A stretch of DNA of 64,000 bases from Eledone cirrhosa. Taxonomy: Eukaryota. The stretch covers positions 10,168,001 to 10,232,000 of the forward strand of contig OZ024759.1 of the NCBI GenBank assembly GCA_964016885.1, in the 5' to 3' direction. The translations under genes were made by a program, and so were the position numbers. Of this stretch, positions 27,572-41,849 are shown one piece after another; positions within the stretch are counted from its first letter, which is position 1, and each line of letters opens with the position of its first letter. A model generated the notes under the pieces. The model was not told where the DNA came from. It did not search any database and worked only from the letters and a program-made list of their open reading frames with translations.

Positions 27572-27636
27572 TATTTTATCTGATGAGGACGTACTGTTGA
27601 AGTTAGCTCAGTACCTCTGAAATATGTATAATAAAC
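27572..27636 (+). ncRNA. hammerhead ribozyme motif
   Basis: Same subfamily as 25667; CTGATGA at 27580. Confidence 0.7.
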
Positions 27637-27717
27637 TAACTTGATCACAAGAAGAAAACAACGGTCACCTTTTTGAAAGGGTACGTCAATATCTATTTGT
27701 AAAACTGTTATATATTG

Positions 27718-27782
27718 TATTTTGTCTGATGAAGGCATACCATGATTTAACTTGGTATCCTTGAAATATATATAATGAAATA
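27718..27782 (+). ncRNA. hammerhead ribozyme motif
   Basis: TATTTTGT-CTGATGA-AGG.ATACCA/TGGTATCCT-GAAA-TATATA-TA-ATGAAATA. Confidence 0.72.
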
Positions 27783-28050
27783 AATATGGTTTTATAAATA
27801 TAGTTTCCATTTATTAATATTGTATATATATATATATATATATATTTATTAAAATAACAGATTAAATTTTGGCTCTAGGGTTCTTATATATTTGATATAT
27901 ATTTATCCTTATCGAGCCCTCTTTGGATTTTAGTCTTCAAATTTATTATTATTACTATATATATATATATATACCATAACAACTTTTTAAATGGAAGTTG
28001 TAAATTTTTCAAGGTATGTCAAATTTATTTATAAAACTGTTTATATATTG

Positions 28051-28116
28051 TATTTTGTCTGAAGAGGGCATACCATATTTTTAATATGATATCCCTGAAA
28101 TATATATAATGAAATA
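28051..28116 (+). ncRNA. hammerhead ribozyme motif
   Basis: CTGAAGA core at 28059, GAAA at 28097, TATATA-TA, stem I complement ATGAAATA. Confidence 0.68.
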
Positions 28117-28320
28117 AATATGGTTTTATAAATGTAGTTTCCATTTGTTTAATATCGTAAAATACTCCAAAATCTGTTGAGTGCTTTTATATCAGTTATA
28201 AAATATTTACTCGTTGTAACCCAACAATTTTAAATAAAATTTTTGCATATATATATATATATATTTCGTTTCTGAATTTGTTTAGCAAGATTCTTTATCT
28301 GAAATCGTGTGTTGAAACCG

Positions 28321-28697
28321 ATATTGTTATACTTTGGGAGGGTCATGTTGCCAATAAGAAACACACGCACCAGTTGCTTTCACTTCAATTTATTATAATA
28401 AATTTATAATAAATTTATAAATTTCTGGTTGGTTGGTTGGTTCCACAACCAGATGGTTGTTTATATATTGTCATAGTTCTTTCGTCACAAAGGAGAGGCA
28501 CAGAAACAAAGAAAGGAATCCCCAGTCACTGAAGAGGTCACAGAGTGTGTGACGAAAGAACTATGACAATATATAAACAACTATCTGGTTGTGGAACCAA
28601 CCAACCAACCAGAAATTTATAAATTTATTATAATAAATTGAAGTGAAAGCAACTGATGCGTGTGTTTCTTATTGGCAACATGACCCTCCCAAAGTAT

Positions 28698-28705
<8 letters not shown>
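28321..28705. repeat. second, centrally deleted copy of the 26.8-27.4 kb palindrome
   Basis: Same arms with a shorter asymmetric centre; hammerhead-like motif at 28524-28567. Confidence 0.8.
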
Positions 28706-28771
<66 letters not shown>

Positions 28772-28873
28772 AAAAAGGTATATATATATATATATATAAA
28801 TATATATATATATATGAAGTGAAAGCAACTGGTGCGTGTGTTTCTTATTGGCAACATGACCCTCCCAAAGTAT

Positions 28874-28948
<75 letters not shown>

Positions 28949-28950
28949 GC

Positions 28951-29003
<53 letters not shown>

Positions 29004-29180
29004 AAAAAGGTATATATATATATAAATAAATATATATATATATTATCTTGACTCTGTATACCGTTTATCTTTCACCGAAAGTGGATTTTCATTACATCTC
29101 TTCTTTCCATGATATCCGGAATACATTGAGTTCTTCATACGGATTGGACACTACCGTAAACTCTTGGTAGATTTATCTAC

Positions 29181-29211
<31 letters not shown>

Positions 29212-29217
29212 GTATAA

Positions 29218-29295
<78 letters not shown>

Positions 29296-29731
29296 TAGCA
29301 AGTTCGTTGATGCTGTAAATTGTTATATTATAAGAATTAATTATACGAAACGACAAAGTCGGAATAATCTACCATACTGCATTAATTGTGTTTTTGTTTT
29401 GTTTTTTAATCCTGTAAACACTTTAAGGGAAAACACGACAGCTTTTTTTCTATTTTATTTAATTTTATTCGTCGATTCACTTATCAATAATTTTCACAGC
29501 CAGAATTATATAATCAATTGAAAATGTTCGAATACTGACTAATGGCACTGTAGTTGTTCACTTCTTTGCTTTAAAACAACAAATTAGATTGTAATAAGAT
29601 TGTATGAGATGGTGTTGGAAGTGGTGGTGGATCTGATGACTGAAATACCTTCCTACTTCTTATTAGTGAATTCATTGTTACTCTAGCAGTCCGACTTTGA
29701 TCAAAGTGTAACAGACAGCTAATCGATTATT

Positions 29732-29864
29732 ATGGATCAACATCAAGACAACAATATGAGCGGATTTAAAGAGAATAATATCTACAAAAACCTCTGGAAG
29801 TTGTTGGTGTCTCCCAAGGTGTTGTCAGGAGTTTTACATTCTCAAACAAGAATGCCTCCGACTG
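29732..29864 (+). CDS. WDR11: WDR11 exon 1 (apparent 1-nt deletion at 29844-29846)
   Basis: [13 protein letters not shown] followed, in a shifted frame, by (N)KNASDW matches WDR11 'VSARTLTGALNAHNKAAVDW'. Donor TG|gtgggt. Start could be ATG 29732 or 29756. Confidence 0.8.
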
Positions 29865-30029
29865 GTGGGTGGTTTTTATTTACTCTTCTTGTCAGCTCGT
29901 CTGCTACATCTTAGACCTACAAACTATATTATATATCATATCACACGCACACACACACTCTCTCTCTCATTCACACACACACACACACACATATATATAT
30001 GACTGCATATGCATGTTTGTGTTGGTACG

Positions 30030-31595
<1,566 letters not shown>

Positions 31596-31912
31596 TTTTT
31601 TTCCAATCGATCGACTTTCGTCAAATCGAACCGAGGAAACAATGTTTCCATTGGTCTTTCCAATTGCTAATACTATCTATCGGTCGCAACTCCAGGTAGA
31701 AGAAGCAACGTGAAATAAAGTGTCTTGCTCAAGGACATAACTCATCGCCTGGTCCAGGAATCGAACTCACAACCTTACGATTGCGAATCCATCTCTAACC
31801 ACTCAGCCACACGCCATCACTATATATATATATGTGTGTATATATATATGTATATATATATATATATGTATGTATATGTGTGTATATATATACATACATA
31901 TATATATATATG

Positions 31913-32550
31913 TGTCAGGTCACCAGTTGGTGCTACTGGTAACATGTATCCCAGTACAACCTGTCTCATGGTCGGGTCGTTGGCGACTAAACTGGCAACC
32001 CCACCAAGGTTTCTTGGTGAGGAGGGTGACTTTGGACATCCTGCAGGACTAAAAACAAAACCTGTCAAAGGGCAAAGGAGCTCTTAAGAGTCAATGGCCA
32101 TCCAAAATCACCGGGAGAGATGACCCCTTTAGCCTTAGTCAAGGCAGAATTCTAGGAGAAGGAAAACTCTGATATAACACCTGCAACCCTGATGGTATCC
32201 AATGATGTTGACTTGTTCTTCTTTTTGGTAAATAGCATCTTGGTTAAGAGAGTGGGACTGGCTTTGTGCAGTGCCTTTGCTCACTATAAAAGCTTCACGG
32301 CACAGGCATTGCTTTATATCTGGAGATCTCTCTGCACTTGTCCTCACATGGGCCCAGCACTATGTGTCAATAATTGTCCTACCATGGGCCTAGCACTATG
32401 TGTCAATAATTGTCACAGGTGTAGTGTTTGTACCAGAGGTTTCAAGTCGCTGGCTGGACTAAAAAGTCACACTCGTTCAGCGCTTCGGTAGGGGTTATCA
32501 TACATGGATGTAAAGTAGTGGCCGTACTCGAAAACGAGTTGGCAGCCACC
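31913..32550 (+). mobile_element. internally deleted RTE-like element (5'UTR-like part + C2H2-like finger + 3' end)
   Basis: GAAGGAAAACTCTGAT 5'UTR-type motif; CSVCTRGFKSLAGLKSHTRS; flanked by TA runs. Confidence 0.5.
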
Positions 32551-32581
32551 ATATATATATATAACTGTGCATACCTATATA

Positions 32582-32620
<39 letters not shown>

Positions 32621-32625
<5 letters not shown>

Positions 32626-32731
32626 AGAAAGTATGACCCCGACGGCAGAGCTCAAGCCGTTTCGACTTTTAGTCAAGAAATAGCCGAAGAAACGGCTAAG
32701 CTCTGCCGTCGGGGGTCATACTTTCTCCTAT
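32621..32731. repeat. short inverted-repeat element
   Basis: ATAGGAGAAAGTATGACCCCGACGGCAGAGCT...AGCTCTGCCGTCGGGGGTCATACTTTCTCCTAT. Confidence 0.8.
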
Positions 32732-32809
32732 TACCCACTCTACTACCCTAAATATTGAGTACTCTGGTGCGTTATGGTCCATCTGGTTCCTTACCACACT
32801 TCCTCCGTT

Positions 32810-32842
<33 letters not shown>

Positions 32843-33260
32843 AATATATAAATATATATATATATATAGTAATAATAATAAATGTGAAGACTAAAATCCA
32901 AAGAGGGTTCGATAAGGATAAATATATATCAAATATATAAGAACCCTAGAGCAAATATTTATTAAAATAACAGATTAAAGTTTAAGCAAAGATTCACTGC
33001 TTTCACCCTTAAACTTTAATCTGTTATTTTAATATATATATATATATATATATAATGGCTCTAGACATTCAACTTGCTTATTATGAAACACAAAATTCTA
33101 ACATATTTGGCATGTTTTGATTTATTCCCGCCGAGGTTAACTTTGCCTTTCATCCTTACGGGATCGATAAAATAAAGTACCAGTAATGCACTGGATATTT
33201 GCTGGCCTTGTGCCTAAAGTAGAAACAATTATATATATATATATAACTGTTAGCATATGT

Positions 33261-33298
<38 letters not shown>

Positions 33299-33301
<3 letters not shown>

Positions 33302-33627
33302 ATATATAAGATCAAAAGATGGTTAAAGGAGTTCCATGTATTTTATTATGCGCATTTCAAAAACAAACATCATCATGCAATAATATTTGTGTTTTCATCA
33401 GATAAAACAGGAGAACATGATATGAAGGCTAAAAAACACTTGTGGATAGTGCAGTTTTAAATCAACATAAAAACTGCACTATCCACAAGTGTTTTTTAGC
33501 CTTCATATCATGTTCTCCTGTTTTATCTGATGAAAACACATATTATTGCATGATGATGTTTGTTTTTGAAATGCGCATAATAAAATACATGGAACTCCTT
33601 TAACCATCTTTTGATCTTATATATTAT
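33299..33627. repeat. fold-back palindrome with hammerheads in WDR11 intron 1
   Basis: ~160-bp arms. Plus motif 33519-33587: TGTTTTAT-CTGATGA-long stem II-GAAA-TGCGCA-TA-ATAAAATA. Mirror at 33339-33409. Confidence 0.88.
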
Positions 33628-33781
33628 GTATACTCCAGTCCTACAAACTGTAGAGTGCTTCTTATCCGATATCTGCATTGCTTTATTGTACTACAATAAA
33701 ACTCACCTCCTACATATATATAAGCAGAATGAATGAAGGAGAAGCAATACATTTAAAAAACAAACTTTATATCTATCTATG

Positions 33782-33812
<31 letters not shown>

Positions 33813-34004
33813 ATGAAAATATTGATTAACAGGTAAAGTAATTAATCATATTGTCTGACAAAAATATAGGTTAATCAAAGAGCTACAGGTAGTCACTATT
33901 GAACCTAAAATTGAGCTCACAAATATAAATTTAAAAATGCCATTGCACCTGTAGAATTCTTACAAACACCCAGTGTGAATGTATATTGCTAGACATTACC
34001 TTTC

Positions 34005-34052
<48 letters not shown>

Positions 34053-34243
34053 GTATATATGTATATGTATATATGTATGTATATATATATATGTATATAT
34101 ATATGTGTATATGTATATATATATATATATATATGTGTATATGTGTGTATATGTATATATATGTGTATATGTATATATATATATGTATATATATATATGT
34201 ATATATATATATGTATATATATATATGTATATATGTATATATG

Positions 34244-34274
<31 letters not shown>

Positions 34275-34328
34275 GTATATATGTATATATATATATATTA
34301 CATACATATATATATATATATATGTATA

Positions 34329-34934
34329 TCATCATCATCATCATCATCATCAACGTTTAACGTCCGTGTTCCACGCTTGCATGGGTTTGGACGGGGGTAG
34401 TCCCACTTGAGGCAAGAGTGATTTTCTTGCTCGCATAGGACTGTCTGGCAGGTTTTCTACAGTTGGATGCCCTTCCTAACACCAACCACATTTACAGTGT
34501 GGACTGGGAGGTTTTTACCGTGTTGCCTACAAGGCCACATTACAGCGTGGACTGTGTGTTTTTTTGTCGTGACACCTACACGATCTCATTTGTTTCGGCC
34601 TGGATGTTGTGGCACCAACATAACTTTACAGAGAAAGGGGTGGTGTGGATGGGGTGGTGGTGGTGGGACGGGTGTATTTTGTTAGAGATGCCTACTGGCT
34701 GTAGTAGGTTTTACTATGTATTTAGGTAATGCGGGTCTTCTTTGTTACTGAGTACCGCCAAAGGTCTCGGTCCAGTGACATTGTCTTGGAGAGGTGTAAG
34801 TGTGTGAGGTCGGAGTTTATCAGCTCGTCCCAGGTTTTTCTAGGTCTGCCTATTCCGTGGCTACCGTCTATCTTTATTGCCCTGCACTTTGTTATACAGC
34901 TATCGACTTTCATGCGCATCACGTGTCCATACCA

Positions 34935-34937
<3 letters not shown>
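34329..34937 (-). mobile_element. 5'-truncated RTE LINE (ORF end + 3'UTR + (GAT)n tail)
   Basis: WYGHVMRM...GRPRKTWDELINSDL, then the tail. Confidence 0.85.
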
Positions 34938-34965
<28 letters not shown>

Positions 34966-34982
34966 TTACATATATATATATG

Positions 34983-35015
<33 letters not shown>

Positions 35016-35158
35016 GACCAAAGATTAATTTGGTTCATTGATTACTCAATGAATATAGTTTTACAATAGATTAAAAGCACTCTACAATGAAGTTTTCTGG
35101 AGTTATTAATATTATTCAAAATATTAATAAATGAAGACATTCACATAATCAAAATATA

Positions 35159-35224
35159 TGTTTTATTATATATATTTCGGAGGTACTGTGCTGTTTTTTC
35201 AGTACGTCCTCGTCAGATAAAATA
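35159..35224 (-). ncRNA. hammerhead ribozyme motif
   Basis: Reverse strand: TATTTTAT-CTGACGA-GGACGTACTG..CAGTACCTCC-GAAA-TATATA-TA-ATAAAACA. Confidence 0.75.
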
Positions 35225-35904
35225 CATGAATTGATGTATGACATACCTCTACGGTCTTGATGGTTCAATTCCAGTATTGGCAGTGTGAATGTCTTCATTT
35301 ATTAATATTTTGAATAATATATATTTATATATATATACCGACAGTCGATCGACTTTCGTCAAACCGGACCGAGAAAACAATGTTTCCATTGGTCTTTCCA
35401 ATTGCTAATACTATCTATGGGTCGTAACTCCAGGTGGATGAAGCAACGTGAAATAAAGTGTCTTGCTCAAGGACATAACACATCGCCCGGCCTAGGGATC
35501 GAACTCACAACCTCACGATTGCGAATCCAATTCTCTAATCACTCAGCCACGCGCCTTCAAGCAGGGGTAAAATGGATGTAAAAATGATATACACAGACAC
35601 ATTCCCACAATAAAGCATGTAAAAACTATCTATATAGAGTTTATTAAAGTCGAGCCCATGGCCGGGAAGACTTGTAGTTTTATGGGAAGATGAGAGAGAT
35701 GGGGGAAATGACAGTGGGAGTTCAGCTCCTCTGTATTCCGACCTGGTGTACGTGTGTGTGTTTACTTCTATTCATTCGATATGACAGTAATAAGTAGTTC
35801 CTAATAACTAATAAGAGTGAAGGTGCATGGCTTATAATTAGAGCATTGGGTTTGCAATTGAGAGTTTGTGAGTTCGATTCTCAGACCGTGTGATGCGTTG
35901 TGTT

Positions 35905-36282
35905 CAGGGCCGGATTTAGATTTGATGAGGCCCTAAGCTATTTGAGATAATGGGGCCCTTTATATGTTATAAAAAATGTTATAAAAACTGCAAAACGTTC
36001 AATATTAAAGCAGAAAACTGTTTAAAACCATTGCATTATTTTAGTTCAAATCCCGCCGAGGTTAACTTTGCCTTTCATCCTTACGGGGTCGATAAAATAA
36101 AGTACCAGTAATACACTGGGATAATTGCTGGCCTTGTGCCAAAAGTAGAAACAATTATTTTAGTTCTTTTTTATCTTATATTTTGGAAATGTACACAGTT
36201 TTTTTTTCAATTTTTTCGGTGCCCCAAGAAAGTGGGAGCCCTAAGCTATAGCTTGTTTAGCTTATACGTAAACCCGGCTCTG
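35905..36282. mobile_element. hAT-like MITE inserted in a CORE-like SINE (35815-36535)
   Basis: 8-bp TSD GTTGTGTT; TIRs CAGGGCCGGATT / AACCCGGCTCTG. Confidence 0.85.
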
Positions 36283-36578
36283 GTTGTGTTCTTGAGCAAG
36301 ACACTTTATTCCACGTTGCTCCAGTTTACTCAGCTGTAGAAATGAGTTGCGACGTCACTGGTGTCAAGCTTTATCGGTCATTGCCTTTCTCTTGGACAAC
36401 ATCGGTGGCTTGGAGAGGGGAGACTGGTATACATGGGCGACTGCTGGTCTTCCACAAAACCTTGCCCAGGCTTGTGTCTCGGATGGAAACTTTCTAGATA
36501 CAAAACCCTGGTCATTCTTTACCGAGTGGGCTCACAAAAAGTAGTTCCTTAATAAAATACCTGAGGAAATAATTATTT

Positions 36579-39500
36579 TGTGTTATGCTATGTATATATA
36601 GTTTAAGGTAGACCCCATGGCTGTAGTGACATGTAGCTTTGTGTTATGCTATGTATATATAGTTTAAGGTATAACCCATGGCTGTACTGACATGTAGCTT
36701 TGTGCTATGCTATGTATATATATAGTTTAAGGTAGACCCCATGGCTGTACTGACATGTAGCTTTGTGTTGTGCTATGTATATATAGTTTAAGGTAGACCC
36801 CATGGCTGTAGTGACATGTAGCTTTGTGTTATGCTATGTATATATAGTTTAAGGTAGACCCCATGGCTGTACTGACATGTAGCTTTGTGTTGTGCTATGT
36901 ATATATAGTTTAAGGTAGACCCCATGGCTGTACTGACATGTAGCTTTGTGTAATGCTATGTATATATAGTTTAAGGTAGACCCCATGGCTGTACTGACAT
37001 GTAGCTTTGTGTAATGCTATGTATATATAGTTTAAGGTAGACCCCATGGCTGTACTGACATGTAGCTTTGTGTAATGCTATGTATATATAGTTTAAGGTA
37101 GACCCCATGGCTGTACTGACATGTAGCTTTGTGTTATGCTATGTACGACATGTAGCTTTGTGTTATGCTATGTATATATAGTTTAAGGTAGACCCCATGG
37201 CTGTACTGACATGTAGCTTTGTGTTATGCTATGTACGACATGTAGCTTTGTGTTGTGCTATGTATATATAGTTTAAGGTAGACCCCATGGCTGTACTGAC
37301 ATGTAGCTTTGTGTTGTGCTATGTATATATAGTTTAAGGTAGACCCCATGGCTGTACTGACATGTAGCTTTGTGTAATGCTATGTACGACATGTAGCTTT
37401 GTGTAATGCTATGTATATATAGTTTAAGGTAGACCCCATGGCTGTACTGACATGTAGCTTTGTGTTATGCTATGTATATATAGTTTAAGGTAGACCCCAT
37501 GGCTGTACTGACATGTAGCTTTGTGTTATGCTATGTACGACATGTAGCTTTGTGTTATGCTATGTATATATAGTTTAAGGTAGACCCCATGGCTGTACTG
37601 ACATGTAGCTTTGTGTTATGCTATGTATATATAGTTTAAGGTACAACCCATGGCTGTACTGACATGTAGCTTTGTGTTGTGCTATGTATATATAGTTTAA
37701 GGTAGACCCCATGGCTGTACTGACATGTAGCTTTGTGTTATGCTATGTATATATAGTTTAAGGTACAACCCATGGCTGTACTGACATGTAGCTTTGTGTT
37801 GTGCTATGTATATATAGTTTAAGGTAGACCCCATGGCTGTACTGACATGTAGCTTTGTGTTGTGCTATGTACGACATGTAGCTTTGTTATGCTATGTATA
37901 TATAGTTTAAGGTACAACCCATGGCTGTACTGACATGTAGCTTTGTGTTGTGCTATGTATATATAGTTTAAGGTAGACCCCATGGCTGTACTGACATGTA
38001 GCTTTGTGTTATGCTATGTACGACATGTAGCTTTGTGTTATGCTATGTATATATAGTTTAAGGTAGACCCCATGGCTGTACTGACATGTAGCTTTGTGTT
38101 ATGCTATGTATATATAGTTTAAGGTAGACCCCATGGCTGTACTGACATGTAGCTTTGTGTTATGCTATGTATATATAGTTTAAGGTAGACCCCATGGCTG
38201 TACTGACATGTAGCTTTGTGTTATGCTATGTATATATAGTTTAAGGTAGACCCCATGGCTGTACTGACATGTAGCTTTGTGTTATGCTATGTACGACATG
38301 TAGCTTTGTGTTATGCTATGTATATATAGTTTAAGGTAGACCCCATGGCTGTACTGACATGTAGCTTTGTGTTATGCTATGTACGACATGTAGCTTTGTG
38401 TTATGCTATGTATATATAGTTTAAGGTAGACCCCATGGCTGTACTGACATGTAGCTTTGTGTTATGCTATGTACGACATGTAGCTTTGTGTTATGCTATG
38501 TATATATAGTTTAAGGTAGACCCCATGGCTGTACTGACATGTAGCTTTGTGTTATGCTATGTATATATAGTTTAAGGTAGACCCCATGGCTGTACTGACA
38601 TGTAGCTTTGTGTTATGCTATGTATATATAGTTTAAGGTAGACCCCATGGCTGTACTGACATGTAGCTTTGTGTTATGCTATGTATATATAGTTTAAGGT
38701 AGACCCCATGGCTGTACTGACATGTAGCTTTGTGTTATGCTATGTATATATAGTTTAAGGTAGACCCCATGGCTGTACTGACATGTAGCTTTGTGTTATG
38801 CTATGTATATATAGTTTAAGGTAGACCCCATGGCTGTACTGACATGTAGCTTTGTGTTATGCTATGTATATATAGTTTAAGGTAGACCCCATGGCTGTAC
38901 TGACATGTAGCTTTGTGTTATGCTATGTATATATAGTTTAAGGTAGACCCCATGGCTGTACTGACATGTAGCTTTGTGTTATGCTATGTATATATAGTTT
39001 AAGGTAGACCCCATGGCTGTACTGACATGTAGCTTTGTGTTATGCTATGTATATATAGTTTAAGGTAGACCCCATGGCTGTACTGACATGTAGCTTTGTG
39101 TTATGCTATGTATATATAGTTTAAGGTAGACCGCATGGCTGTACTGACATGTAGCTTTGTGTTATGCTATGTATATATAGTTTAAGGTAGACCCCATGGC
39201 TGTACTGACATGTAGCTTTGTGTTATGCTATGTATATATAGTTTAAGGTAGACCCCATGGCTGTACTGACATGTAGCTTTGTGTTATGCTATGTATATAT
39301 AGTTTAAGGTAGACCCCATGGCTGTACTGACATGTAGCTTTGTGTTATGCTATGTATATATAGTTTAAGGTAGACCCCATGGCTGTACTGACATGTAGCT
39401 TTGTGTTATGCTATGTATATATAGTTTAAGGTAGACCCCATGGCTGTACTGACATGTAGCTTTGTGTTATGCTATGTATATATAGTTTAAGGTAGACCCC

Positions 39501-41568
39501 ATGGCTGTACTGACATGTAGCTTTGTGTTATGCTATGTATATATAGTTTAAGGTAGACCCCATGACTGTACTGACATGTAGCTTTGTGTTATGCTATGTA
39601 CGACATGTAGCTTTGTGTTATGCTATGTATATATAGTTTAAGGTAGACCCAATGGCTGTACTGACATGTAGCTTTGTGTTATGCTATGTACGACATGTAG
39701 CTTTGTGTTATGCTATGTATATATAGTTTAAGGTAGACCCCATGGCTGTACTGACATGTAGCTTTGTGTTATGCTATGTACGACATGTAGCTTTGTGTTA
39801 TGCTATGTATATATAGTTTAAGGTAGACCCCATGGCTGTACTGACATGTAGCTTTGTGTTATGCTATGTATATATAGTTTAAGGTACAACCCATGGCTGT
39901 ACTGACATGTGGCTTTGTGTTATGCTATGTACGACATGTAGCTTTGTGTTATGCTATGTATATATAGTTTAAGGTAGACCCCATGGCTGTACTGACATGT
40001 AGCTTTGTGTTATGCTATGTATATATAGTTTAAGGTACAACCCATGGCTGTACTGACATGTGGCTTTGTGTTATGCTATGTACGACATGTAGCTTTGTGT
40101 TATGCTATGTATATATAGTTTAAGGTAGACCCCATGGCTGTACTGACATGTAGCTTTGTGTTATGCTATGTTCGACATGTAGCTTTGTGTTATGCTATGT
40201 ATATATAGTTTAAGGTAGACCCCATGGCTGTACTGACATGTAGCTTTGTGTTATGCTATGTACGACATGTAGCTTTGTGTTATGCTATGTATATATAGTT
40301 TAAGGTAGACCCCATGGCTGTACTGACATGTAGCTTTGTGTTATGCTATGTATATATAGTTTAAGGTAGACCCCATGGCTGTACTGACATGTAGCTTTGT
40401 GTTATGCTATGTATATATAGTTTAAGGTAGACCCCATGGCTGTACTGACATGTAGCTTTGTGTTATGCTATGTATATATAGTTTAAGGTAGACCCCATGG
40501 CTGTACTGACATGTAGCTTTGTGTTATGCTATGTATATATAGTTTAAGGTAGACCCCATGGCTGTACTGACATGTAGCTTTGTGTTATGCTATGTATATA
40601 TAGTTTAAGGTAGACCCCATGGCTGTACTGACATGTAGCTTTGTGTTATGCTATGTATATATAGTTTAAGGTAGACCCCATGGCTGTACTGACATGTAGC
40701 TTTGTGTTATGCTATGTATATATAGTTTAAGGTAGACCCCATGGCTGTACTGACATGTAGCTTTGTGTTATGCTATGTATATATAGTTTAAGGTAGACCC
40801 CATGGCTGTACTGACATGTAGCTTTGTGTTATGCTATGTATATATAGTTTAAGGTAGACCGCATGGCTGTACTGACATGTAGCTTTGTGTTATGCTATGT
40901 ATATATAGTTTAAGGTAGACCCCATGGCTGTACTGACATGTAGCTTTGTGTTATGCTATGTATATATAGTTTAAGGTAGACCCCATGGCTGTACTGACAT
41001 GTAGCTTTGTGTTATGCTATGTATATATAGTTTAAGGTAGACCCCATGGCTGTACTGACATGTAGCTTTGTGTTATGCTATGTATATATAGTTTAAGGTA
41101 GACCCCATGGCTGTACTGACATGTAGCTTTGTGTTATGCTATGTATATATAGTTTAAGGTACAACCCATGGCTGTACTGACATGTGGCTTTGTGTTATGC
41201 TATGTACGACATGTAGCTTTGTGTTATGCTATGTATATATAGTTTAAGGTAGACCCCATGGCTGTACTGACATGTAGCTTTGTGTTATGCTATGTATATA
41301 TAGTTTAAGGTACAACCCATGGCTGTACTGACATGTGGCTTTGTGTTATGCTATGTACGACATGTAGCTTTGTGTTATGCTATGTATATATAGTTTAAGG
41401 TAGACCCCATGGCTGTACTGACATGTAGCTTTGTGTTATGCTATGTACAACATGTAGCTTTGTGTTATGCTATGTATATATAGTTTAAGGTAGACCCCAT
41501 GGATGTACTGACATGTAGCTTTGTGTTATGCTATGTACGACATGTAGCTTTGTGTTGTGGTATGTATA
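36579..41568. repeat. 61-bp satellite (~5 kb) with interspersed 29-bp partial units
   Basis: Unit TGTGTTATGCTATGTATATATAGTTTAAGGTAGACCCCATGGCTGTACTGACATGTAGCTT. Confidence 0.97.
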
Positions 41569-41622
41569 TTTAAAAAAAAATAATTTCCATGTCACTTTAA
41601 AGTAAATTTGTTTTGTTTTCAG

Positions 41623-41692
41623 GGGCTGGCAAGGTTTCTTGGCCCACGCCTGTCAAAGTTTTATAAGCATCATAGATCCCCGAACTGTGCAA
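41623..41692 (+). CDS. WDR11: WDR11 exon 2
   Basis: tttcag|G GGC TGG...CAA|gtaaga; GWQGFLAHACQSFISIIDPRTVQ versus human GWQGLIAYGCHSLVVVIDSITAQ. Confidence 0.93.
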
Positions 41693-41849
41693 GTAAGAGA
41701 TTTCATTCTGTCTGTTATATATGTATGGTCATACTGTATAGTTGCCCACTCGGGGACCCACTGGCTCTTGGGACTTCAAGGGACTCTGTGTATGCTGTGG
41801 TTCTGTGTGTAGGGTCACAGGGCATTGCTTTGAATGGGGCCCACCTGGT

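Noticed and set aside
29040-29180. Possible exon or ribozyme in a unique TA-flanked island
   Set aside because: No convincing splice pair, homology or complete CTGAnGA/GAAA core found.
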